Below are positions 25,832 to 37,514 of a stretch of 64,000 nt of DNA, piece by piece (position 1 is the first letter of the stretch; every line of letters starts with the position of its first letter). The notes below the pieces were generated by a model. The model did no database searches. It had not been told where the DNA came from and saw only the letters and a program-made list of their open reading frames with translations. The translations under genes were made by a program, and so were the position numbers. The stretch is taken from assembly GCA_013239625.1 (NCBI GenBank), contig MU053881.1, positions 5,789,957 through 5,853,956 of the forward strand. Reading direction: 5' to 3'. Source of the stretch: Lama guanicoe (lineage: Eukaryota).

Positions 25832-26636
25832 AGGATGTCACTGGGCATCCAGACAACATGAGAGGTCTACACAGCCGCTTCACTCGCAGGTTCAGCATGG
25901 TGTCCCCAAGAGTTCCAGGCTCTTCCTTTATGGTGATAAGATGGCTGGGCAGCTCCAAACACACACTTTTAAATTCAAGGCCAATGGGGAAAAAGTTAAG
26001 ATTTTTTTTTTTCCCCTCATGAAACTTTTGAGATTCATTTTGATTGGACAGGCTTGGTCAAGTGCCCATCCCTGAACTAGTTCCAGTGGCCAAAAGCATG
26101 GCCTGCTTTGATGGACCAAGACTGCATCCTGTGCTCCACATCCGAAGCAGAGATGCTCATGGCCTGAGGAGGGAGGGGGAACCACAAATAATTATTGGGA
26201 AATGCAGATCAGATTCTTATAAACAAACAAACCAAAAAAAAAAAAAGGTTTCATATCTTCCGTCCTATATGTAGAACGGGCCATTTTGCCCAAGTTTTCT
26301 AAAACTTCTTCTTTCTAAAGCTGCATGTCTTTTGTCTGTCTGTTTACTTAAACCTGTATGAAGTCATGGGTTCCTATTTCAGTCGATAAGTTATGATCTG
26401 TTAGTATCATTATTTATTCCTGATGTTCCGATTGTTCCGGATTTGGCCAACGAGGGCTCCTTCAGGCTGTATTTTGTAGACTTTTGATGTGCTGCCATCT
26501 TCCTCTGAGCATTTCCTCGTTTTCTCTGGTAAAAGATATTCCAGGCATGTCTCAGACTTTTCCTGGCCCAGCCTTGGAACCAGTAATCACTGGGTCTGGG
26601 ATTTGACTTTACCTTACTTTCAAGCTAATAAGAGCC

Positions 26637-27048
26637 CGTTACTGTTTCATGGATGCTGGCGCGATCCACGAGCCTCCTGAGTCAGAGACAAAGGACTGAA
26701 TTACTCACGACACAGGAAGTGACACGAGCACCAGGATGACTGAATCAGTTTTTCTTCCCCCAAGTCCAACCGAAGCAACGTGAAGTGGCCCAGATGGATG
26801 CGCGGCAGTGCGTCTGTATTACATCCGAGCAGGGGACACTGAGCTTGGGGAATCCGCTGCTTTTATAGCGAATACTAAGCAAGCCTTCGCTTCCTCCTGG
26901 AGGGAGACGTTACTCATTTTGTGAATTGCTCACTGCAAACACGACTCTGAGACAGGGCTGGAAGTGAGCGGACAGATTCTTCCATTCTTTGCACACCAAG
27001 TAAGAATATGCAGGGATGCTCAGGCCAATAGCAAGTTATCTCTTGCAA
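26637..27048 (-). mobile_element. old ERVL-class solo LTR inserted in an old L1 (L1MC-like, ~26340-27380)
   Basis: gttactgtttcatggatgctggc...gagtcagagacaaaggac...tactcac LTR end; minus-strand TATA (ttttatag); L1-like flanks on both sides. Confidence 0.5.
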
Positions 27049-29207
27049 ATGGCTATTTCTCTACAGGTCCCTGGTTCTTTTTAATGGAAAGTGGTGTTTA
27101 GAGACCAAGATCTGCTTGCTAGGTGTGCTCATTGCTTTGAGCTATTTTTTTGCTCCTAGATGCTCTCAGAAGACAGAGTTGGGAATATATGTGCAGACAC
27201 ACAGACACACCTACATTTATGCTTAGTTATCTATCTGTCCTATCAGTCTATCATCTGTCTTCTTCTGTAAATTCACAGTGTTATCTCCAATTCAATGCCA
27301 TGGATTGATTCTAGGTTTCTGCCTTGCCGTATTTATAACACTCTTCTCTAGTAATGGGAAACCTAAAATGTGCTTACTTCTTTACTTGGTGCTCCTGCAG
27401 TCTCATCATTGCCACTGCTACCCACCCTCCAATCACGTGGGTGATCACTCGGGCTCTAACCTGGTGTACTGGGGTGTGCCTTCCCTGCCAGGGAGGCTCG
27501 CTTCACATTGGTCAGGTTCCTTCACCTGGTTCTGGTTCACTGCAGCTGACACTGCTTGTGAGGACCGTCTCCTCCATTCACCCAGGCTCTGAACCCCACG
27601 CCAGGCTCTGAACCCCAGGCTGCCACCACTGTCACCTCCCTGTCTCACCTCCCTGATGAGATACCCAGTGCCAGGCCACTGTCCTGCATGGACACTTATA
27701 CTTCAAGATGCTGGGCTGGGCCACCCCTGCCACTGCCACCCCCCTGTGTAGACACACCCCTCACCTCGCTCAGACCCAGAAGCTCCCCTTCTGAAGATGC
27801 CTACCTTGTTCTGCTGCACCTGCTGGCTTCTAGACAGGATTAATCAGGGAGGAAAGCAAAGGGGAAAGGACCCAGTGACCCTTTTTAATGGATGCAAGAC
27901 ACTGCAGTGTGTGGCTGTGATCTAGTTTACTTTACCACCTCCCAGGAGTATTAGGTGGAGGCTGTTCGTACATTTTTCCCTTTCTAGATACCTTTCCAGG
28001 AAAGCAGCTATGAACATAAATCTTTGTGCATCTCCCTCTGCACCTCCCTGGTGATTTTATTAGGACAGATTTCCTAGAAGGGGAACGATTCCTGGGTCAG
28101 AGGGGAGGACCATGTGTGCGGCTCCTGGTCTTTGTAGCACAGCTTCAGCGCTAGTCTCACAATCCACACACCATTGAATAAATAAACAAGCATGACTGTA
28201 TCCCAGAGACTGCCTGGGATTTTCTACAGATGATAGTTGTTTCATGGGCTTGATGACATCACCTCCTTTTTTTACACTAAGTTTGATGTGGGAAATTCTG
28301 TATAAATACTCTGCATCAACAAGCCATTGTGTCACCAGGCTGCTTAAAGATGGGCAGCTCGCTGCAGTATGGCGGGCTTCGCCTGTGCAGGACAGGGGCT
28401 TGTGATTTATAAGGTCCAAACATGAAGTCTTCAGGAAAGTTGGTGAAGTACTTTATAGGTCACCTGTATTTTTCCTACCATAGATGTTTTGACTCACGGG
28501 TTTCCTTTATGTCACTCTGTCCATAGTCTAGGTATTCTTCAAGTGGAATAAAGAGGTTACTGTAGCAGAGGCTGAGGAGCACACAGGAGGGAGTTTGTGG
28601 TTCTAAATGAGAGAAGAAAGAAAGAACCGGCAAGGGAATTAATTAGGACAAACATTGGTGGCCAGGCAACCAAGTGTTCATTGCACGAGGGCCACTGGCC
28701 GACCTTTGTGCTGTGAGCTGTCAAGGAGTTCATTTTTTCATTCATTCAATAAATACCGATCAGTCACCGACTCCATCCAGACCCTGTCCTAGGCTCTGCG
28801 GACCCAAGAGGAAAGAGACATTGCCCCTGCTCTAAAGGGACTCACAGTCTAGAAAAGGAAAAGCCAAATTAACAGCTTCTCATCCAGCTTGGGGAAGGTT
28901 CTGTGAAGGTTTTGAACAGAGCACTTGAAGTAGGAAATGTATTTATTAGATGGCTGAGGTGGGCAAAGTTTTCCCAGGCAGAGGAGCCAGCATGAACCTG
29001 AGCATGTGATCTTGTCAGCTTATCAGAAAGGATTTAATGTGTACATTCTACGTGTCCAGCACTGCTCCAGCAACTGAGTTGGGAGTGAATTTCATACTCC
29101 AGATTTTAGCTGGGAAGGTTATGAGAGGACTGTCTGCATAAGATTATTAAAAGATTTCTGTATCCAAGGTAAATTCTTGATGTCTTACCTAAGCACACAA
29201 GACCGAA

Positions 29208-29565
29208 TCAGTTAGTGTTTGCTGTGTAACAAATAACCACAAACTCTCAGTGGCGTACCACAGGAAGCACTTATTCTTCTTGCTGTTGCGTCTGTGGCTG
29301 GGATGTGGCTGATGTTGGCTGGGCCTGGCTGGGCTTGACTCCAGGCTGTGTGTTGAGCCCCAGACCTGCCCCGTATATCTCAGCCTCCTTGGATCAGTGA
29401 TGGCCTAGGGCACGGTCTTCTCATGGTGAAAGGCTGGAGTACAGGGCGTGGTCCTAATCTTGAAAGCACATGTCTAGCCTTTGTTTTCCTCATGTCTGCT
29501 AACATCCACAGGTCAAAGCAAGTCACGTGGCTAAGCCCACAGTGAAGGAGGGGAAGGCACACTTT
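29208..29565 (-). mobile_element. MLT1H/I-type MaLR LTR
   Basis: tttgctgtgtaacaaataaccacaaactctcagtggc...ggtcaaagcaagtcacgtggctaagccca. Confidence 0.7.
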
Positions 29566-30041
29566 GAGGGCCACTGGCAAAAGTGGGGTTTGTAGTATGT
29601 CCTCTGGCCCGTGCAGACCTCACGTGCCTCATTTCTTCCTACTTCTCTCTGGCACCTCTGCTGCAGCCACTGAAGGTCATGCCTTGATTTTTCACCCTCT
29701 GTGTCTGTGCACATGCTATTCTGTGAGCCTAGAATGCGTTTCATTGCTTCATCCACCTGGTCAACCCCATTGCATCATTGATGAAGAAGTGAGGCCTGGC
29801 TCCCAGGGTCAAGGGTGTTCTTGTTTGCCTTCCTTTTCCTCTCTGTACCGGTGGGTGGTAAGGGGACTTCGGGGCCCCTCTTGGTGCCTGGTTCTCTCTT
29901 GTGGTTGCTCTCTTTCTCTCCCTCCCCTCGTCTTCCCCTCTCTTTCTTGTACTTATTCTCAGCATGCACTGGTATGATAATTTAAGTATTAAGCATTGGA
30001 GCAGAGATAGGTAGAGATGGGTTGAGCTTCGTCTAGGACCC

Positions 30042-30371
30042 TTTCAGAAGGGTCACCTGAGCTGCTGTTTCTGAAATGATTCCTTTGTTTCTCTTCTGTT
30101 CTTGGTCCTAGAGTTCCATCTGGGGGATGGTGGTGGTGGTGGTGGTGGTGGGAGAAGGTTGGATTCCTGGGCCCCTTGTGGTGACACCATCAAACAGTTC
30201 CCAATTCATCGCACCTCAACCTCAAGCCTGGGGCAGGTCGCCCAGGGTAGCTGTCAACACTTTTGGGTGAATGAATGAATGAGTGAGTGAGTGAGTGCGT
30301 GAATGGTGTGTGCATAGCCATGATGCAGCTTTCTGCTCACTGTCGGGGGCTTGGTTGAGCCTAGCAGCTGG
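30042..30371 (+). repeat. local direct duplication, copy 1
   Basis: Aligns with 33383-33711; first 70 nt are 67/70 identical. Confidence 0.95.
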
Positions 30372-33300
30372 GCTTCTGAAGGCAGGAGGGCTGGAGCAGC
30401 AGTGAGAGGACAGGGGCCTGCACATCTTAGCTTTTAAAGTTGCTTGCAGCAGCAGCCGCGGGAAGCAGTACCGAGGGGCAGGTGTGTCTGTAAGTGGCCC
30501 CAGCTTTGGAGTAGGGACTTAGCTTTAAGCATCCTATTTGGAGAGGCTCTAGAAAGTTATGGAGCCCTGGGGAACCAACGCAGGGCCACTCATAGTCCAC
30601 TTAGTGCAAGTGTTGTCTTTAGGGGCCTCTAATTCCCTTTATAAAGAGACTTGAAAAAAAAAAAAGGAGCCTGGATACGGTTAACATTTCATGTTGAACA
30701 GGTCAAGCAGTCCCAGACGTTACTGATAATAAACAGAGATTCTGCAAAGGTGACAGTCAACCCAGTGCCCTAATAGGCAGCGTTTTTTTTGGGGGGGGGT
30801 CCAAATTGTGGATCATTCCCACAATTTAATAGAGAAGAAAACGAGGCTGAGAGGGGTAAAGCGATCTCGCCAAGGTGACAGGCTAGTTCCGGGTGGCTGA
30901 GTGGCAGTGCTGTCTGTGTGTAGGTGGTGCCACTGTGGCGTACAAGGTCTAGGGGTTTGCTCAGAGCCACGAGGGAAGCCCGTCTCAGGGACGTGGTCAA
31001 GGACCGAGGTCACTTACATTCAGGAAACTGAGCTCTTGAAGGCTGAGGCTGGAGGGCTTTGGCATTGACCTAGGATGTGGGGCAGGGTCAAAGACCAGGG
31101 TTGAGGCTGCAAATAATGAGTGGAATCAGAGACCCGTTTTTAAGAAGATGCCAGGGTTAGATGTATGAGCTTAAAATAGAAGTGGGGGATCCAGAGCCTG
31201 ACCTGTTCCGTGTCCTCCACCCCCAGGCATTTCCTTTCTGTTGCAGTTGTAATGCCCCCATGGACAAAAGTGAGCCTTGGTAAGAAGTTTGGAAACCAGT
31301 GATTTCAGAGACTTGGGCAGCCTTGGGGTTTTTTTTCAGTAAGACGTTAGTTGACCAAGGAGCCATGTCTGCACTGCCGAGAGAGATAATCTGGTCAGAC
31401 TTGCTCATTCTTCATTAGGAGAATGAAGAACAGTGGACGCAGTGGAAGAATCAGAGCTGAAGCCTGTCCGGGATCAGGGAAGCATTTGATGGTGTCATGC
31501 ACGTTTGCTGCTGTCGGTTTCCCAGTGTCCACTCCCCACTTTACCTTGTTTTCACCAATTTTCAGTTGGGTGCTGTCCCCACATAGCTCTTGTGCTTCAA
31601 GGATAGGCAGGCCCAAGTCCTAGCTCCAAGACGCGGACCCTGGCTGGCCTCAGCGTGCAATCACAGCTCAACACCCTGGCCTCTGTGATGGACAAGTGTC
31701 CCAGGGAACCGGTTGCTGGGGACTTCCGAGGAGGAAGTTTTGTTTTGTTTTGTTTGGGTTTTTTTTCTCCCTTTTTTGTTCTTTCACAGAAGCTGTCTTG
31801 AAGGAGCTCTCTTTCCTCCCTGGACTAGGCTACCCTCCCTGCTGCTGGCAGCCATTTTGCGACCAAGAGGTGAGGCCGACTTAAGGGGAGGCAGCCTTGG
31901 GCAGAAGACAGAATGGAGCGATGGAAAGAAATGAGCTTCTTGGATACTCCACTGGGCTGCTAACTAAGCTTTGCTGAACCCCATCCTGCCTCTGCACTTC
32001 TCAGTTGCAGGGGCCAATAAGTTCTCTTAACTCATTAGTTTTGGATTACTTAGGAATGCTCTGTTCCTAAGTAACTCAGAGAGCTTCTGCCGCCGCTGTG
32101 TTCTTCTCCTTGGAAGCATTTCCAGGCCATCTTGCAGATGCAGTCTCTGAGTTATACCCCTGCACTGTGCTCAGGGGACAGCACGTGGAAGAAGTTGTGG
32201 GCCCCTGCATGGCTGCCAAGGACCAGCCTCTCCACCCCTCCTTTGTCATGCTCCCCTGCCATGGTCCATATATCAGACTAACAGCAACCACAGATGATGG
32301 CAAAATCTCAGGAACTGGATAGGAGAATGCACCGTCTAATATTTTTCTTTTTAATGAAATGTTGTCTTGGTTTCTTTTCTTGAGACCTCTCTGCCCGTCT
32401 TGGATGAGGTCAGCCATAAGACAGAAGCCCCAGGGGCTGTAAGAATTGAATATTCAGCTGAAACTTGGCCATGATGCTCTCTCTAGCCTTTTCCAACTCT
32501 GACAAGCTCTGATTCTGTGAAAGCTGATCCAATTATGGTAAAGGACTCCAGAACCATCTGCCGTGTGGCAGGCACCTCACAGCCGCTCTCTCCTTGGATC
32601 CGCGTGGCAAGTCAAATTAGTCTTCCCACTTAACAGATGTGGAAACTGAGGCTCCGAGGGGCTATAGCTCAAGACCACACAGGGGCAGAGCTAGGATTTG
32701 ATTTTGACTCCATCTGACACCAAAGCCTCTGTACTTTCCGTGACACTGCGTGGTGTGCCCTTGTTACGGGGCATTTGATTCTATAATGATTTACCCTGCT
32801 TTGGGAAAGGTCAGATGGAAGGACACAACTGTAGCCCAATAGGAATTTTTTTTTGGAGCAATTATTCCTTTTTTTTTTTCTTCTTTTCATGAATTCACTC
32901 AGTTCAGCCAAGGGTGCTTCAAGAGACCAGTTTTCAGCCTCTGTCCCCACTGAAACCTGGAAGAACGTGGACCGGTGCCAGCAAGCTTACTGGATAATTT
33001 TGGAAGCAGCAGAGATCCGCTGGGGTTGGCCTGTGTCTGTGTACAAGTGGATGGATGGATGTTTGTTGTTTCAGTGGCCACCGAGAAGAGCTCAGGGAGA
33101 GGGTGCGGAGCTCTCAGGGGCCAAGAATTCTGAGAGGATAGGGTGTGTGCACACCACAAACCAGCTCCCAAAATATCCACAATTCAGGGGGAAAAAAATC
33201 CCAACCTGACTTCATAAGCTCTCCTGATTAATAGATAAACCCCCCTGAGGGAAACCCTCTTTTCTTGGAGACAGTCTGGATTTTTATTGAGCGTTCACTA

Positions 33301-33382
33301 TGTTCAGAGAGAGTGGGTTAAAGATTTGGAGAAGGAGAGGTGGCCTTGCCCTGACCTTGAACTTTGTTTAGAGCGCTCTGTA

Positions 33383-33711
33383 TTTCAGAAGGGTCACCTG
33401 AGATGCTGTTTCTGAAATGATTCCTTTGTTTCTCTTCTGCTCTTGCTCCTAGGGTTCCCTCTTGGAGGACGGTGGTGGTGGTGGTGGTAAAAGGCAAGAT
33501 CCAGGCATTCTTGGGTTTCTTGTAGTGACACCATCAAACAGTTCCCAGTTCACCCCACCGTAACCTCAGGCCTGGGGCAGGTCGCCCAGAGTAGCTGTCA
33601 ACAAGTTTTTGGTGGCCGAATGAATAAATAAATGAGTGAGTGAATGGCGAGACGCATTTCCTCGGTGCAGCTTTCTGCTCACCGCTGGGGGCGCAGGTGA
33701 GCTTAGCGGCG
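33383..33711 (+). repeat. local direct duplication, copy 2
   Basis: Aligns with 30042-30371 (offset 3341 at the left end). Confidence 0.95.
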
Positions 33712-33715
33712 GTCC

Positions 33716-35520
33716 CTTATTTTGGAGGGGACGTCTCCTTATAGCGTATATCCACTCTCGAATGCATCAGACCACAAGACTCTGCAAAGTTGATGATGTA
33801 GACAGTCTGAATTTTTGCCAGGTTTCTCTCCCAACCTCTGGAGCTTACGTGTCTTACCAAGGCGTCCAACATACTTGCCACTTCTTGCTCATCCAGTTTG
33901 ATTAACACGATGTCATTGATACAGTGATGTCTGCCATGTCTATCATTGATAAATGGGATGCTCTGTAGAATGTCCAGATGGTCCAGATCCCTCTGGACTG
34001 TGCTCTGAAAAAGGATGAGAGAGTTAATATGGCCCTAGAGGAAGGCTGTAAATTTATACCGTTGACTGTTCCATGGGAACGCAAACTGCTTTTGGTCCTC
34101 TTTCTTGACAAGGAGACAAAATACATTTACCAGAGCCGGGGCTGCATACCATGTATCAGAGCTGTGTCAGTCTTCTCTGGCAAAGATGCCACGTCTGGAC
34201 CAGTGGCTGTGATTTTAGCTACTTCTTGGTTGCATTTGTGGTGGTCCACTGCCATCCTCCAGAATCTGTCTGCTTTCTGTAGGGGTCTGATGGGTGAATT
34301 AAATGGGGATATTTGGGGGACCACCACCCCTGCACCTTTAGGTCATTAAGGGTGTCTCCTTAAAGATTCTGCTTGTGATGTGATAATGTTTGTGATTTAA
34401 TATCTTGGCTGAGGGATGGGGGTGCATTTTTAGAGGCTTCCACTTGGCTTTCTGCACTAGTATGGCTCCACACGTCAAAGAGCCAATGTGGGGAGTTCTC
34501 CTAACTGCGATGAGTGTCCATTCCACTTAACACTTGAGGACCAGAGACATGACCACTGGGCGGGTCCACTGTGAGCCAGACCTGGGCTGGGCCTCCAATG
34601 ACTACTTGGCTCCCTTCTGCGCCTCCTCTCACGGGGCACTGTGATGCGGCTGCAGCTCAGATCTGGTGTCTCATAGTCTTGAGAGTGTCTGCATAGCTTA
34701 CCAAGTAAATGGCTGTAGCTCCCTTTGGGGAGCGGTTGGGGGATTCATTGCTGTATACACGCACTGCTGTGTCTCAGGGTCCTTCCTCATGGGGACCTGG
34801 ACTCTCCTTTCGTTGATAGCTTTCAGGTCTGAAGACTAGAAAGAGATCATGACTTTTTATTGATATAGCTTCCCTCCATTTCCTGACCAGTCATCCTTGA
34901 TTTCTTTTAATTGGACAGTCTGAGAAATATCCTTTTTGTTTCACCCCTGGGGCACTGTATTCTCTTCTCCATTTCTGTAGATCTCTGTGGACCACCTGCC
35001 TTGGCTGCCACTCTATCCTGCCACTCATTACTGTGTTGCTCTGACCTGGCTTCTCTGTTGGTTTGGCACCACAACCTGGCCTTGATGATTTTGTGATCCA
35101 CTGGCTCTCTTGGAGCTCTGCCACAGCATCAGCCCTGGCCCAGGGAGAACAGCCACCCTGAGCTGCAAGGAGACCTCTGTCCCTGTCACCAGCAATTACT
35201 TACTGCGTCAGTAGATGGAGCATCCTCTAGGCCCACCTGCAGAAGAGAACATACCCTCCCTTATTTTCGAGTCCTTTGATCCCTTCTTCCACCATCTATG
35301 ATGGCAGCTGCGGCATTTCTGCTTTACTTAGTGTAGACCTTCCTAAAAGCCATCAAGCAGCATGTTTAGTCCGTTCTCCTAGGATCCTTGCCGAGGTGTT
35401 GTGAATCCTATATCCCAGGGGCATGTGCCCGTATTGATAAACTCTCCCTTTTTCAAGTATATTCTGTTCTCTTTTATCCAGCATCTGATCCCTTCTGGTC
35501 CATGTTGGCTGCTTCAAGGT
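33716..35520 (-). mobile_element. decayed ERV-L (HERV16/ERVL-like) internal region: gag, protease and RT remnants
   Basis: Minus-strand peptides match ERV-L Pol: SPFNSPIRPLQKADRFWRMAVDH (34127-34327), PHIGSLTCGAILVQKAKWKPL (34338-34526) and HCINDIVLIKLDEQEVASMLDALVRH...RGWERNLAKIQ (YIDD decayed to CIND at 33912-33923). Protease DTG is decayed to DTR at 34662-34670. Gag-like LDKREQNILEKG lies near 35450. Multiple stops and frameshifts. Confidence 0.9.
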
Positions 35521-35539
35521 ACAGTCCCTTTCTACCCTT

Positions 35540-36330
35540 AGCAGACACCTGTGTAGAGAGAGGGGAGCAAGACTAGACAGAGGAAAAGCTAAACTGTGAT
35601 GCACGTGCAGCCAGGGATTTGGCTGATCCCTCTGGGAACCCTGCAGCTGAAATGGCCCTTCAGAGATATCCTGAATTGAGACAAGGATGTTGGGTCTTTG
35701 TAGCCCTGCACCAGCCAACCATTTGATGTGGTTTCCGTGCAGAGGGGGTGTACCTGTGGGTTAGGCAGTTTCCTTTAGCTAAAGGTGGTAAAGAAAAACA
35801 TTATTCTGACACCTTTTTTTAAAAGGCAAGGAAGACTTTATTCAAGACTATTGCAATAGGAGACAGAGATCAGGCTCAACTCTGACTACAAGGGCAAATG
35901 GGGGTTTATATCCAAGGAGCAAGGTGAGGGAGTTAGTGGAGAAAAGTTACCAAGTGGAGATGTCAAGGGTGAGGGGATTCATTCTTGCTAAACTGGCCTA
36001 AAAGGATTCTTGCTAAATATAGGCTAAAGACTTATACATCAAAGGTGGGGGATGATGGACTTGATCAGATATCAAAAGTGATCAGATATCAAAAGTGATC
36101 AGATATCAAGTGTGGAGGGGATTCTTGCTAAGACTAGATTCAGAAAGGATGGACATGGATGCCCAAAGCTTAGGCCTAGTCTAGAAGGGGGCTCAGGAGG
36201 TGCTAACTGAAGTTTGGCTTAGGAAAGAGTCTTTGTCTAGAGTAACTCCTAGGGTGGACCTCAGTTGTGAGCCATCAGCAAATGTGGGAATGAGTTCCTT
36301 GGTCTTGCAGATGGCCTCAGATCTGCCAGC
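35540..36330 (-). mobile_element. LTR16-like ERVL LTR (probable 5' LTR of the provirus), split by a nested ERV1 LTR
   Basis: acacctgtg...aagctaaactgtgatgca...gctgaaatggcccttcagag...gggtctttgtagccctgcacc (left part) and ctcagttgtgagccatcagca (right part). Confidence 0.6.
35786..36238 (-). mobile_element. MER31/MER67-like ERV1 solo LTR
   Basis: Minus strand starts GACAAAGACTCTTTCC...CAAACTTCAG. Contains repeated ttcttgctaa, three copies of tgatcagatatcaa(aa)g (36062-36110) and a minus-strand AATAAA (ctttattc ~35836). Confidence 0.75.
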
Positions 36331-36953
36331 ATCTGATGTTAAGGTTCTCCTTGCCTATTGACTGTCTGTCAAGAGACATACAGGGAGGCTGACTGGTTTT
36401 GAGGCCAAGTATCTTTTCTGGTCATCCCTTTTCCCTAGTAAATGCTACCTGGGTTGATTCAGGCAAAGGACTGTTAGGCTGAAGGGAGAAGAAATGGGGT
36501 TATTGAAATGATTGGAGCCAGACTGGAAACTTGTTTACTTAAGCCAACTTCCTTTTACACTACTTGGGCTTTGCAAGTTATTGAATAAATTGAGTTGATT
36601 GATGTCTGAGCCTCTCCCCTGACAGGGCAGCCAAGATAATTGACCATCTGGAACAGATCATGCCAGCAGAGGGTGTCTCTTATCCACTACTCTGATGCAA
36701 AGAGCCAGAGGGGACAAATATGTTTGGGAGAGAGTTGAGGGTCAGACAGAAGTACAAGTGGCTCCAAAAGGGTCATTAAAGCAAATGTAACCTAATTTTT
36801 CCCAGGACTCTCCAGTTTCATGGTGCAAATGCATTCAACTCTCACAGAATTTTATTACATTTCATACAATGTAGGACACTGGGCTCCCCAGTGTCTCCCT
36901 GGTTATTTCTGGAAATCCCTCGGGGTGTCCTTTGTAAATGCACAAACAGTTCT

Positions 36954-37514
36954 TTTATTTATTTTTTGTTGAAGTATAGTTTATTTACAATGTTGTGTTA
37001 ATTTCTGGTGTACAGCATAGTGATTCAGTTGTACATGTATATATATATTCTTCATTATAGGTTATTATAAGATATTGAATATACTTCTCTGTACTGTACA
37101 GTAGGACCTTGTTATTTATCTATTTTATATATAATAGTTAGTATCTGCAAATACCAAGCTCCTAATTTATTCCCCTCAATACACTTTTCCTCTTTGGTAA
37201 CCATAAGTTTGTCTTCTACGTCTGTGAGTCTGTTTCTGTTTTGTAAATAAGTTCATTTCTATCATTTTTTAAGACTCCACATGTAAGTGATATCAAATGA
37301 TTATATGTCTTTTTCTGTCTGATTACTTCACTTAGTATGATAAATTCTAGGTCCATCCATGTTGCTGCAAATGGCATTATTTCATTCTTTTTTATGGCTG
37401 AGTAGTATTCCATTGTGTGTATGTATGTGTGTGTGTGTATGTATTATACACCACATCTTCTTTATCCAATCATCTGGTGATGGACATTTAGGTTGCTTCC
37501 ATGTCTTGGCTATA
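36954..37514 (-). mobile_element. L1 3' end with ORF2 C-terminus (5'-truncated)
   Basis: IAKTWKQPKCPSPDDWIKKMW / MEYYSAIKKNEIMPFAATWMDLE is the L1 ORF2 C-terminus; 3'UTR and T-tract at the left end. Confidence 0.92.

Noticed and set aside
27582..27617. 17-bp direct repeat CCAGGCTCTGAACCCCA x2
   Set aside because: Simple slippage duplication, two copies with no spacer structure; not CRISPR-like
33716..34720. Possible domesticated or active retroviral pol
   Set aside because: Frameshifts, stop codons and destroyed catalytic motifs
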